A stretch of DNA of 63,516 nt, filler included, from Octopus bimaculoides (GCF_001194135.2; 6 parts of 6 records of this genome joined end to end with filler, not necessarily neighbours in it), one strand, 5' to 3'. Shown: positions 1 to 10,366, numbered from the whole stretch's first letter. Numbers and translations are program-made. The notes: a model not told the origin generated them from the letters alone.

Positions 1-29
<29 letters not shown>

Positions 30-33
<4 letters not shown>

Positions 34-181
34 GACTTTCATTTTCTGTCTACCAAATCCACTCACAAGGCTTTGGTCGGTCTGAGGCTATAGTAGAAGA
101 CACTTGCCCAAGGTGCCACGCAGTAGTACTGAATCCGGAACCATGTGGTTGGTAAGCAAGCTACTTACTACACAGCCACTT
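30..181 (-). mobile_element. tRNA-derived CORE-type SINE (family A), 5' half
   Basis: Reverse strand reads TGGCTGTGTAGTAAG (A box), GGTTCCGGATTCAG (B box), CCTTGGGCAAGT (CORE-like), then (TA)n. Many near-identical copies in the window. Confidence 0.85.
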
Positions 182-233
182 CTGCATCTATGTTTCGCTT
201 TCTTTTTTAAATGATTTGCTTTCTACATCATAC

Positions 234-286
234 CTGTATGCTTACACGAATATTTTCATGTGTGCTATCACTTGCTCTCTGCGCCA
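234..286 (-). CDS. Candidate 53-nt exon, xAQRASDSTHENIRVSIQ (possible downstream exon of the Ig-like gene)
   Basis: Acceptor TGTGTCTTTCAG, donor CAG/GTATGA, open in phase 1. No homology support. Confidence 0.2.
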
Positions 287-460
287 CTGAAAGACACATT
301 ACCTATATTAGACCTCTAGTTCACGTAATTAATAGAGTTGCATATCTCTTTCAACGCTCCAGCATATTATATTGCCTAGGCATGTACACATTGCCTAACA
401 CATATTGCACACACCAATCTGAACGGTGATTCTTTGCTTTATATTATTTTTTTTTTTTTT

Positions 461-483
461 GTGGAGGTGCAATAGCCCAATGG
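461..483 (+). mobile_element. Head of family B SINE, truncated by gap 484-1137
   Basis: GTGGAGGTGCAATAGCCCAATGG matches the head of the 1607 copy. Confidence 0.7.
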
Positions 484-1137
484 NNNNNNNNNNNNNNNNN
501 NNNNNNNNNNNNNNNNNNNNNNNNNNNNNNNNNNNNNNNNNNNNNNNNNNNNNNNNNNNNNNNNNNNNNNNNNNNNNNNNNNNNNNNNNNNNNNNNNNNN
601 NNNNNNNNNNNNNNNNNNNNNNNNNNNNNNNNNNNNNNNNNNNNNNNNNNNNNNNNNNNNNNNNNNNNNNNNNNNNNNNNNNNNNNNNNNNNNNNNNNNN
701 NNNNNNNNNNNNNNNNNNNNNNNNNNNNNNNNNNNNNNNNNNNNNNNNNNNNNNNNNNNNNNNNNNNNNNNNNNNNNNNNNNNNNNNNNNNNNNNNNNNN
801 NNNNNNNNNNNNNNNNNNNNNNNNNNNNNNNNNNNNNNNNNNNNNNNNNNNNNNNNNNNNNNNNNNNNNNNNNNNNNNNNNNNNNNNNNNNNNNNNNNNN
901 NNNNNNNNNNNNNNNNNNNNNNNNNNNNNNNNNNNNNNNNNNNNNNNNNNNNNNNNNNNNNNNNNNNNNNNNNNNNNNNNNNNNNNNNNNNNNNNNNNNN
1001 NNNNNNNNNNNNNNNNNNNNNNNNNNNNNNNNNNNNNNNNNNNNNNNNNNNNNNNNNNNNNNNNNNNNNNNNNNNNNNNNNNNNNNNNNNNNNNNNNNNN
1101 NNNNNNNNNNNNNNNNNNNNNNNNNNNNNNNNNNNNN

Positions 1138-1445
1138 CATCAACCCACTCAAATCCCTCTGATAACATTTGTTTCAATCCTTTCGCATTTGAACCGGCAA
1201 AATCCAACCAGAACGTTCTACCTGTCTTACGTTCAAGCCGGCCAGATCTGGCCTCTTTGTCTTAACCCGTCCTCAGAAGAAAAACAGTCTGGGAAATGTC
1301 TAGTTACACAGGTTCCATCAACCCACTCAAATCCCTCTGATAACTTTTGTTTCAATCCTTTAGCATTTAAACTGGCAATATCCGGCCAAAACACTCAACC
1401 TGTTTTATGCTCAAATTGGCCAGATCTGGCCTCTCTCTCTTAACC
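1138..1445 (+). repeat. Local tandem duplication (period ~178 bp) including the 5' part of a MITE
   Basis: CATCAACCCACTCAAATCCCTCTGATAAC...GGCCAGATCTGGCCTCT occurs from 1138 and again from 1316. Confidence 0.85.
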
Positions 1446-1560
1446 CACAATGTCATTCTAAAAATAAACAGTCACATCATTGAAATCTTGTGGTTAATTA
1501 AAAAACCGTGTGAGTAAATAAACATTATTTTTGACAGAATAATGTGAATGCTAAAGGGTT
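1354..1560. mobile_element. Non-autonomous DNA transposon (MITE) with piggyBac-like ends
   Basis: TIR AATCCTTTAGCATT (1354-1367) / AATGCTAAAGGGTT (1547-1560). A related partial copy lies at ~7188-7325. Confidence 0.65.
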
Positions 1561-1606
1561 CAATAAAAGAAGTTAGATGAAATAAGTACCAGCCTAATAT
1601 ACTCAA

Positions 1607-1926
1607 GGTGGAGGCGCAATGGCCCAGTGGTTAGAGCAGCGGACTCGCGGTCATAGGATCGCCGTTTCGATTCCCAGACCGGGCGTTCTGAGTGTTTATT
1701 GAGCGAAAACACCTAAAGCTCCACGAGGCTCCGGCAGAGGATGGTGGTGAACCCTGCTGTACTCTTTCACCACAACTTTCTCTCACTTTTACTTCCTGTT
1801 TCTGTTGTGCCTGTAATTCAAAGGGTCAGCCTTGTCACACTGTGTCACGTTGGCTATCCCCGAGAACTACGTTAAGGGTACACGTGGAACCCTCGTCGTA
1901 GTAACCGACGGAGTGCCAACAACAAC
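1607..1926 (+). mobile_element. tRNA-derived SINE (family B) with (CAA)n tail and 11-bp TSD
   Basis: A box TGGCCCAGTGG, B-box-like GTTTCGATTCCC. TSD AATATACTCAA at 1596-1606 and 1927-1937. The 3' half matches 47136-47462 apart from an internal deletion. Confidence 0.9.
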
Positions 1927-2038
1927 AATATACTCAAATTGATGTAAGTGAGGAACCTCTTTCGCATGAAATTGCTGATCTTGTGCCTAAACTGGAGAGA
2001 ATTGTTATTGTTATTATTAGCAGAAGTAATTCCCTTAC

Positions 2039-2287
2039 CTTTCATTGCTAAAGAAAATTCTGGAGAACAGTGGTTTTTGTCACAAAAACTCCAAGTGTAA
2101 TCTTTCTCAGATATATTTCGAATGGAAACGGTCGAGATATTATTAGTATGACTAACTTCGTAGTCATCATGCTTATAACAAGTCGTATCACATTCGAGAT
2201 TACGATGCTGATTTTTCCAAACAATAATTCTTTCCAAATTGGGTACATTAATAAGTAGGGTGGTGTTGCCTCCCAATACAGCTGGTT
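2039..2287 (-). CDS. Internal exon encoding an atypical Ig-like domain (repeat A)
   Basis: Acceptor TTTATTTCAG, donor AAAG/GTAAGG, 249 nt, phase 1-1, open: EPAVLGGNTTLLINVPNLERIIVWKNQHRNLECDTTCYKHDDYEVSHTNNISTVSIRNISEKDYTWSFCDKNHCSPEFSLAMK. Three N-x-S/T sequons. Aligns without gaps to exon 4349-4597. Confidence 0.8.
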
Positions 2288-2559
2288 CTGAAATAAATAG
2301 ATAAATCAATATCATTGATTTGTTTCCCATATGAAAGATTTCAGGGTTTTTTTTTATTATCATCATCAATTTAGTACTTACTTTTCCATTATTAGAAGCA
2401 GTTTTCTTTGTATACTATTAAACCCTCTTTCCTAATATGCGAGTCTATTGGATACAAAAGAGTCTGGATATGTTTTATGCAGAGAACTGAGAACAAATGA
2501 CAACATATAAATGTTGTCATTTTGTTTATTAAGATTGTGCAGAGTAGGATACATTATAG

Positions 2560-3310
2560 TTTCCGATAGCTAATCAAGTTGTACAGAAAGGTGTCACACC
2601 AACAACTGGTGTAGTAGCATTCTAGTTAGGTATTACAAGCATAAAGGAGATGCCTCCAAATTACTGGACCAGGTCAAGAAAGTTACAGAGAAAGTTAAAA
2701 CCCAATGAATTAGAAACAGAATTATACTAGATGAGATGCAGCTTAGTTTTATGCCAGGAAGAAAGACTACTGGTGCCATCTTCTTAGTAAGACAACTACA
2801 AGAGAAGTATTTGGTTAAAAGTAAACCATTACACTTAGCATTCGTTGACCAGGAGAAAGCCTTTGACATGACATGGTGGTCTCTGAGGAAGCTAGGAGTT
2901 GACGATTGGCTTGTAATGGCTGTATACACCATGTATATGGATTCTGTCAGTAAGGTAAGAGTTGGCCATAAGCAGAGCAATGAATTTAGGTACAGGTTCT
3001 TAGCATCCTCCTATACATCATTGTCTCCCAGACTCTAGCCGAGCAATTTAAAATTGGCTGTCCTTGGGGACTACTATATGCTAATGGTCTCATTCTCAGA
3101 GTGGAATCTAGAAAAGAATTAGAAAAGAAATTCATGAAAATATCATGTAGTATGCACTCTAGATTGGATGGTGTAAGGAAGAGCATTGACATGTAGGAGC
3201 CATGCCAAAGTAGATATTGGAGCCTGACATGGTCCTCGGGCTTGTATCCTGTCAAAACATCCAACTCATGCCAGCATGGAATGTAGATGTTAAACGACGT
3301 TGATGACAAT
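2560..3310 (+). mobile_element. Decayed RTE-clade LINE, RT fragment plus 3' tail
   Basis: QLSFMPGRKTTGAIFLVRQLQEKYL...AFVDQEKAFD...WWSLRKLGVDDWLV, with stops and frameshifts. Ends CCAGCATGG...GTTAAACGA with a GAT-like tail. Confidence 0.85.
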
Positions 3311-3419
3311 GATAAGGAATGTCGTAACCACAATCATAATTATTATGACTGTCGTAGTCCTAGTTACGTGCTGACCTAAAAATGTGAAAGATCGATGAGA
3401 AAATGCATCCCTGTACACT

Positions 3420-3575
3420 CTGTAGAATTGGTTGACATTAGGGAGGGTGTCTAGCTTTAGAAACCATGCCAAAGCAAACATTGGAGATTGACGAAGTCCT
3501 GCAGCCTGTCGGATCTTGTATGATTGTCCAACTAATGTCAGCATGGAAGGAAATAACTAAACGATGATGGTTATG
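3420..3575 (+). mobile_element. RTE 3'-UTR fragment
   Basis: Degenerate TTGACATTAGGGAGGGTGTCTAGCT...CAGCATGGAA...AAACGATGATG; similar to the 46217 and 56105 copies. Confidence 0.6.
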
Positions 3576-3844
3576 ATTGGTGCTCTTAAAATGAAATTGA
3601 GATGATCAGAGAAAAATAAATTTTAAAGATACTAAAAACTATGAGTTAAAAGAAAGAAATAGAAGGCAGAATTAAAAAGACAGCGTTTGGAAAAGGTTTG
3701 TTAAGTCATTTACCGTTTTGGGTAATTTTATAAGTTTCTTCGCGTGTCAAACCTGTATAAGATGAAAATAAAAATTTTTGATTTTCAGATTTGACACTTG
3801 ATCAACAGGATTGATTGCAATTAATCTTACAATAATTAAATAAT

Positions 3845-4193
3845 AACAAGAATACTCAGAGGGTGCAAACTTACGTCAACGCAACACCAACATCCTCTCA
3901 ATTATTAGCCAGAGATGATTTATAAAATGAGAATATCTGAAATAAACTTGGCTGCTCTCACAAACGGGAATGCAAAAAATGAACCTGACTGCTCTCAAAA
4001 ATTAAGCAAAAAAAAAAAAAACAGATAAAATAATCCAGAATCCTTGTCCGGAACCAGATCGATCCCAAAATCTAATCAANNNNNNNNNNAAAGTTTCATT
4101 CGAAACCATTCCGCAGTTCTTGAGATATCTTGTCCACGGACAAGCAAATACGACTAAAAACAATACCTCTGCCTTAGCGAAGGCAGAAGTAAT
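3845..4193 (+). mobile_element. Helentron-associated (HINE/DINE-1-like) non-autonomous element
   Basis: Starts AACAAGAATACTC and ends in hairpin CTCTGCCTT-AGCG-AAGGCAGAAG (4166-4190). Family assignment is from memory. Confidence 0.55.
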
Positions 4194-4274
4194 AATTAAC
4201 ACATGTAAATAGAATTACACATTATACGCAGTGACAATTTGAAGGCATTGAACATATGGTACTGCATCTGGGCA

Positions 4275-4276
<2 letters not shown>

Positions 4277-4332
<56 letters not shown>
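4277..4332. repeat. (ATT)n microsatellite next to the exon B donor
   Basis: Direct reading; produces the poly-N tail of ORF 4215..4802. Confidence 0.95.
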
Positions 4333-4334
<2 letters not shown>

Positions 4335-4348
4335 AATCATTTTCTTAC

Positions 4349-4597
4349 TGTTTATCTTCAGATCAAATTTTCTGTAATTGAGATTGTCGTCACAAAATGT
4401 CCAAGATAAACGTTCCTTAGTTACACTTCGGATCCATAAAGTCGATATACTCCCATTATGTGTCACTATATATTCAGGGCTGTTGGCGCATGTCAGGTCA
4501 CATTCATATTTATAATTCTGGTATCTCCAAATGACCGGTCTTTTCATGTTTGGTATTTCAGTCAACAGAATAGCACTTACGTCGAGTGTACCATTTT
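4349..4597 (-). CDS. Internal exon encoding an atypical Ig-like domain (repeat B)
   Basis: Acceptor TTTATTTCAG, donor ACA/GTAAGA, 249 nt, phase 1-1, open: ENGTLDVSAILLTEIPNMKRPVIWRYQNYKYECDLTCANSPEYIVTHNGSISTLWIRSVTKERLSWTFCDDNLNYRKFDLKIN. 29/83 residues identical to repeat A (manual count). Confidence 0.8.
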
Positions 4598-4615
4598 CTG
4601 AAATAAAGAAATCAG

Positions 4616-4905
4616 GTGAGTAGTCTGCTTCCCAAACACATGGTTCTGGGTTCAGTCCTACCTTGGGCAAGTGTGTTCTTCTATAGCCTCGGGCTGACCA
4701 AAGCCTTCTGAGATGATCTGGTAGATGGAAACTGAAAGAAGCCCGTCGTATATATATGTGAGTGTATGTGTGTTTATGCCTGTGTTTGTCTCCCATCACC
4801 ACTTGGCAATCAGTGTCGATGTGTTCATGTCCCTGTAATTTAGCGGTTCAGCAAAAGGGACCGATAAAATATGTGCCGAGATTAAAATAAATAATTCCTG
4901 GCATA
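4616..4905 (+). mobile_element. Family A SINE, 5'-truncated
   Basis: GCTTCCCAAACACATGGTTCTGGGTTCAGTCC, CCTTGGGCAAGT, GAAAGAAGCCCGTCG(TA)n and the 3' half. Confidence 0.85.
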
Positions 4906-4917
4906 AATTTTTTTTTA

Positions 4918-5022
4918 ATATTTTGTGTTCTGTATAACTATAAACAATTGTACATAAATTTTAACAACAAAATCCTATATGGACCCCCAACAAACATATT
5001 GACCCCAGGAGAAAATCACTGC
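4918..5022 (+). mobile_element. 3' fragment of a hAT-like MITE
   Basis: Matches 6560-6668 and 25270-25379. Confidence 0.7.
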
Positions 5023-5050
5023 TCTAGCAGATTCCCTCATGCAGGTTTCT

Positions 5051-5482
5051 TATTTCTTTATTGCCCACAAAGGGCTAAACATAGAGGGGACAAACAAGGA
5101 CAGACAAACGGATTAAGTCGTTTACATCGACCCCAGTGCGTAACTGGTACTTAATTTATCGACGCCGAAAGGATGAAAGGCAAAGTCGGCCTCGACGGAA
5201 TTTGAACTCAGAACGTTGTGGCAGAAGAAATACCGCTAATTTTTCGCCCAGCGCGCTAACGTTTCTTATTTCTTTATTGCCCACAAGGGGCTAAACATGG
5301 AGGGGACAAACAAGGACAGACAATGGGATTAAGCTGATTATACCGATCCCAGTGCGTAACTGGTACTTAATTTATCGACCTCGAAAGGATGAAAGGAAAA
5401 GTCGGCCTCGGCAGAATTTGAACTCAGAACGTAAAGACAGACGAAATACTGATAAGCGTTTCGCCTGGCGTTCTGCCGCCTT
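5051..5482 (-). mobile_element. Head-to-tail dimer of tRNA-derived SINE family C
   Basis: Two monomers (5051-5263, 5264-5482), each with GAGTTCAAATT and CCTTTCATCCTTTCG..GTCGATAAATTAAGTACCAG. Flanked by TSD ATGCAGGTTTCT (5039-5050, 5483-5494). Confidence 0.85.
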
Positions 5483-5565
5483 ATGCAGGTTTCTGGTTGT
5501 TGTTCTGGCTCCCTGATGCAGGTTTCTGGCTCTTATTCTGGCTCCCTGATGCAGGTTTCTGGCTT
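5483..5565 (+). repeat. 33-bp minisatellite, ~2.5 units
   Basis: ATGCAGGTTTCTGG...TTCTGGCTCCCTG repeated. Confidence 0.85.
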
Positions 5566-5838
5566 TTCTTCCTCAATGGGAAACGCCAAAGATAGGTCGC
5601 CTGGGGCACATTCAAAAGTGTAGCTTTATCTAAACAATAGTCACTATCAGAGACTGAGTTTCCCTAGTGAACTGTCTGGAATAAGAATTTGCAAAAAAAA
5701 TTTAAATAAACAAATAAATAAATAAATATATAAATAAATAAAGAAAGAAAGAACAATGACTAAAAACTATGAGTTAAGAGAAAGAAATAGAAAGCAGAAT
5801 TGAAAAGATAGTGTCTAGTTTAAAAGGAGAAAAAGGTG
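5565..5838 (+). repeat. Segmental duplicate of ~6700-6940; partial third copy at ~3640-3720
   Basis: Shared CTCAATGGGAAA..CAAAGA, GCTTTATCT, GACTGAGTT..CTAGTGAACTG, GACTAAA..TATGAGTTAAG, TCTAGTTTAAAAGGAGAAAA. Confidence 0.85.
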
Positions 5839-6417
5839 TAGCATGTTGGGAAGGTTACTTTTGTTGTAACGTCGTAGCACAGTTGTGCTATGGCAACTCC
5901 AGCCAAAAAATAAGTACCGGGTTTAAAATACATAAGAACTGGAGTTCATTCACTTGACTGAAAATTCTTAAAGGCGATGCCCCAACATGGCCGAAGTCTA
6001 ATGAGTGATGGAACTAAAAGATCATCATTGTTATAATACCTTCTGTTCCATGCTTTCATGGATCAGAGTTTTTTTCATTCTTAACAGTAGGGGTGCTCTT
6101 CTTGTCACTAACCTTCATCTGTTTTCAAATAAAACTATAATATCTCTGTCTAGTGGTTTGTTAACAGTTTAACCAATATCAGGATTTAACGAAGACGACG
6201 ATGATTATTATTATTATTATTTGTGTTCTTAAAATGAAATTCTCAATCAGAACTAATCTCCACCCACGAAAAAAATTAACTTTAGTTTAGATGAAATACT
6301 TTTGTGACATATTTCAACTTTTAAAAGCAAATTCACTGCAGTTACCAAAGAGAAGAAATTCTCACTGATAGTAAAAGGTGTAGAAACACCATATCTGCCC
6401 AGTGCTTCCCTCTAACA

Positions 6418-6668
6418 TAATGGTTCTCAACCATTTTCCATCTATGGATCCCTTTTGATTCCTATTTTACTCAGGTGGACCCTTATAACCATTTTATGTT
6501 TTAAAAACCCTATTTTTATAATTAAATGTTATTAGGAATTATATTAAAATAATTGGTAAAATATTTTGTGTACTGTAAAACTATAACCAATTAATTGTAC
6601 ATAAATTTGAACAACAAAATCTTACATGGACTCCCAACAGCCATATCGATCCCTATTGAAAACCACGG
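6418..6668. mobile_element. hAT/Charlie-like MITE
   Basis: Ends TGGTTCTCAACC / TTGAAAACCACGG, flanked by CTCTAACA / CTCTAGTG. Confidence 0.75.
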
Positions 6669-7187
6669 CTCTAGTGGATCCCCCGATTTGTGTTTCTAGC
6701 TCTTTAGCCTTACTCAATGGGAAATGTCAAAGAGAGATAACCCTGGGCAGATTCAAAGCCGTGGCTTTATCTCGAGAACAGTCATTATCAGTGACTGAGT
6801 TGCGCTAGTGAACTGCCTGGTCAGAATAAAACTTAAAAAAAACAAAAAACAAAATAGTGACTAAAGTATATGAGTTAAGGGAAATAAATAGAAGACAGAA
6901 TTAATTAGATAGTATCTAGTTTAAAAGGAGAAAAGGATTTGTTAATCCATTTACCACTTTGGATAATTTTATGACGTTGAAATCTCGACGAAGTTCCAAT
7001 TCTTGTGGACCCTGTAAAAGACGAAAGTAAAAATTTTTGATGTTCAGATTTTATATTTGATGAAAAAGATTGTTTACTATTTTTTTAATTACAATAATTA
7101 AATAATAATTAACACTTGTAGATATAATTATACAGTATATACAGTAGCAGTTCGAGTGAAGGCATTGAACATGTGGTTCTCTGCTTG

Positions 7188-7325
7188 TAGCATTTAAACT
7201 GGCCATGTCTGGCCAAAATGTTTCACCTGCTTCAGGTTCAGTCTGGCCAAATCCAGGCTCTCACACCTACCCTACAATGTTAGTCTAAATTAAACAATCG
7301 CATCATAAAATATCGAAACAAGGTC
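7188..7325 (+). mobile_element. Partial piggyBac-like MITE (same family as 1354-1560)
   Basis: TAGCATTTAAACTGGCCAT...CCCTACAATG...AAACAATCGCATCAT. Confidence 0.7.
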
Positions 7326-7455
7326 GAGATAAGTCGGTAGCTGTAAGGAGGGCATCATCCCTGCACAGACCTCCAGAGAGGCGGTGTAAGTCGTGATTAA
7401 TCCAGGAAAGAAGGAAGAGCCTTACTAAATCAGTAACCTGGGCGGTATCCACAAA
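7325..7455 (-). mobile_element. Penelope-like element RT fragment
   Basis: Open frame FVDTAQVTDLVRLFLLSWINHDLHRLSGGLCRDDALL resembles the PLE RT pattern DxAxxxxLVGLxxL...GLYRDDGL. Confidence 0.6.
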
Positions 7456-7832
7456 GAATATACGTTAAGTATGTGTAGTTGATAATGTCTATTACACTAG
7501 CGCTGCTTTTTATTTCATATTTTAATTAATTCTCACGTATGCATTGTCGGACATACCAGCACATAGTTTTGTACACTATATGTGCATAAGTCGCGGAGTG
7601 GCGGTACAGTTCATCTCCGATTCGGTTCGGGTATGTGATGTTGATAAACCACGAAAATAGTGAAATATTGACGTTCATCACATCTGAATGGGATTCGAGG
7701 TGAGTTGTCATGCCCGTCCGTGATTTTCAGGTGTTTTAACACCCAGCGCTTTGAGACAGTAATCTCCACCACGCCAAATCGCAGCCTACATACAGGCAAA
7801 CACGTTTAGCTTGTTTGCTACGTATGTGTGTG

Positions 7833-7890
<58 letters not shown>

Positions 7891-9007
7891 NNNNNNNNNN
7901 NNNNNNNNNNNNNNNNNNNNNNNNNNNNNNNNNNNNNNNNNNNNNNNNNNNNNNNNNNNNNNNNNNNNNNNNNNNNNNNNNNNNNNNNNNNNNNNNNNNN
8001 NNNNNNNNNNNNNNNNNNNNNNNNNNNNNNNNNNNNNNNNNNNNNNNNNNNNNNNNNNNNNNNNNNNNNNNNNNNNNNNNNNNNNNNNNNNNNNNNNNNN
8101 NNNNNNNNNNNNNNNNNNNNNNNNNNNNNNNNNNNNNNNNNNNNNNNNNNNNNNNNNNNNNNNNNNNNNNNNNNNNNNNNNNNNNNNNNNNNNNNNNNNN
8201 NNNNNNNNNNNNNNNNNNNNNNNNNNNNNNNNNNNNNNNNNNNNNNNNNNNNNNNNNNNNNNNNNNNNNNNNNNNNNNNNNNNNNNNNNNNNNNNNNNNN
8301 NNNNNNNNNNNNNNNNNNNNNNNNNNNNNNNNNNNNNNNNNNNNNNNNNNNNNNNNNNNNNNNNNNNNNNNNNNNNNNNNNNNNNNNNNNNNNNNNNNNN
8401 NNNNNNNNNNNNNNNNNNNNNNNNNNNNNNNNNNNNNNNNNNNNNNNNNNNNNNNNNNNNNNNNNNNNNNNNNNNNNNNNNNNNNNNNNNNNNNNNNNNN
8501 NNNNNNNNNNNNNNNNNNNNNNNNNNNNNNNNNNNNNNNNNNNNNNNNNNNNNNNNNNNNNNNNNNNNNNNNNNNNNNNNNNNNNNNNNNNNNNNNNNNN
8601 NNNNNNNNNNNNNNNNNNNNNNNNNNNNNNNNNNNNNNNNNNNNNNNNNNNNNNNNNNNNNNNNNNNNNNNNNNNNNNNNNNNNNNNNNNNNNNNNNNNN
8701 NNNNNNNNNNNNNNNNNNNNNNAATGAACCTAAAAAATTTTTTCCAGACTTTTTTCTATTGGATATGTTCGTTTGCCTACGCATAAATTTCTCCTCAAAC
8801 GTTCGAACTCACCACCACCACCACCACCAAAAAATAACAGCTAAATAAATGCCTTGCTGGCGCATGCGTAGATTTCTCATGGGTGGAGTTATGATGTAAG
8901 TACATATTAAAACCTCTTTCAAAATTTTAATACAATTATGCAAAAAAAAAAAAAGAATCTTTTAATCCCTTCTACCCCGGCCCCTACTTCAAAAACTTAT
9001 CCACATA

Positions 9008-9343
9008 TATACTTCAGTCTCCGTTTAACTCGTGCCCAGTATGTTTCCACATTGTTTGAGCATACACCAGACACAGGATCTATAAAATGAGACGAGTGGT
9101 TCACTGTCCTATGGCTATATTCCAGTCTGGAGACATATCCGTAAAAATAGTGGAACCTGCTTCAGCACTTTCAGTAATGACCGCTTCTAGTGTCTCTGCT
9201 TTTCGATCAGCACCAAAAAGCAGAGACATTAGAAGCTGTCATTATTGAAAATGTTGAAGCAGGTTCCACTACTTTTACGGATATGTGGCCCAGTTATAAA
9301 AATCTATCCAGACGGGCACGAATTAAACAGTGACTGAAGTATA
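9008..9343. repeat. Fold-back element with nested inverted repeats
   Basis: Outer arms 9008-9038 / 9314-9343; inner arms 9133-9203 / 9216-9286. Confidence 0.85.
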
Positions 9344-9751
9344 CCTGTGGATGTAGTGGAGGTATATGCCGGTTGCATGTAGATCTACAGGGATTATTAT
9401 GGCATGAAACGTGGCAATTCCTGAGAGAATGACAATACGTTTATAAAGCACTTAGCGGAAATTTATCCGCAATAATCTAAAAGTATGTTACTGAATTTCT
9501 CTTACACGCGATTGTTTAAAACTTTTTCAATTCTGATTTCGATGTATTTAAAAAAATATTTGGAAATTATAAAGAGAAACGAATGGCAGAATTGGGCTGT
9601 CCGTATTTTAAAAGCAAAGATTAAAAAAAATATATATAGTGGAAAGTTTTGGAAGTAGGGGAGTGGGGAATTAATTTTTTTTTTTTTTTCAGGAATGACT
9701 GTGTGGTAAGTAGTTTGCTTACCGTGCATGCATTAGTCAGTTACTTCTATA

Positions 9752-10331
9752 CCAGTATTGTTAACACGTTGCTTCGCAGCTCTTGAAGTGAAGATATTTC
9801 AAGGCGCAACTATAAGGTAAGACATTTGTTTTTTGGAGATTCAGTAGGGGTTTGTTGTTCATTTTTTTGCCCACAAGAAATCCTATCTGTCATTACAGTA
9901 TCGAAATGGTGTACATATACATCTCTCTCTCTCTCTCTTTCTGTCTCTCTCTCTCTCTCTTTCTGTCTCTCTCTCTCTCTCTTTCTGTCTCTCTCTCTCT
10001 CTCTTTCTGTCTCTCTCTCTCTCTCTTTCTGTCTCTCTCTCTCTCTCTTTCTCTCTCTGTGAAAGTATCTGTCATTACAGTATCGAAATGTGATTGTTTC
10101 AGTTAGTGGAATAGTTTCATTTTTAAAGTGAAAGTATTTGACATGAGTGTTTTTGTTTCACTTTTGACACGTAATACTTAAATAGTGCAGGAGATATTAT
10201 GTTGCTGTGTGCTCGAACTCTGCAAGAAATTAAAAAATTTTTTTGACTAAAACACAACTGGAACCCTAAGTAAGGCATGTGTAAAATTTGAATGAAATTG
10301 GTTGTGTAGTTCTCGAGTTTTAGGGATTCAC

Positions 10332-10366
<35 letters not shown>

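Noticed and set aside
6330-6395. Signal-peptide-like MVFLHLLLSVRISSLW on the minus strand
   Set aside because: Available donors give phase 0 or 2, not the phase 1 required by exon B, and the frame stops immediately.
7591-7699. Plus-strand exon candidate ending GAG/GTGAGT
   Set aside because: Weak acceptor, unrecognisable peptide, and antisense to the Ig-like gene; unsupported without reads.
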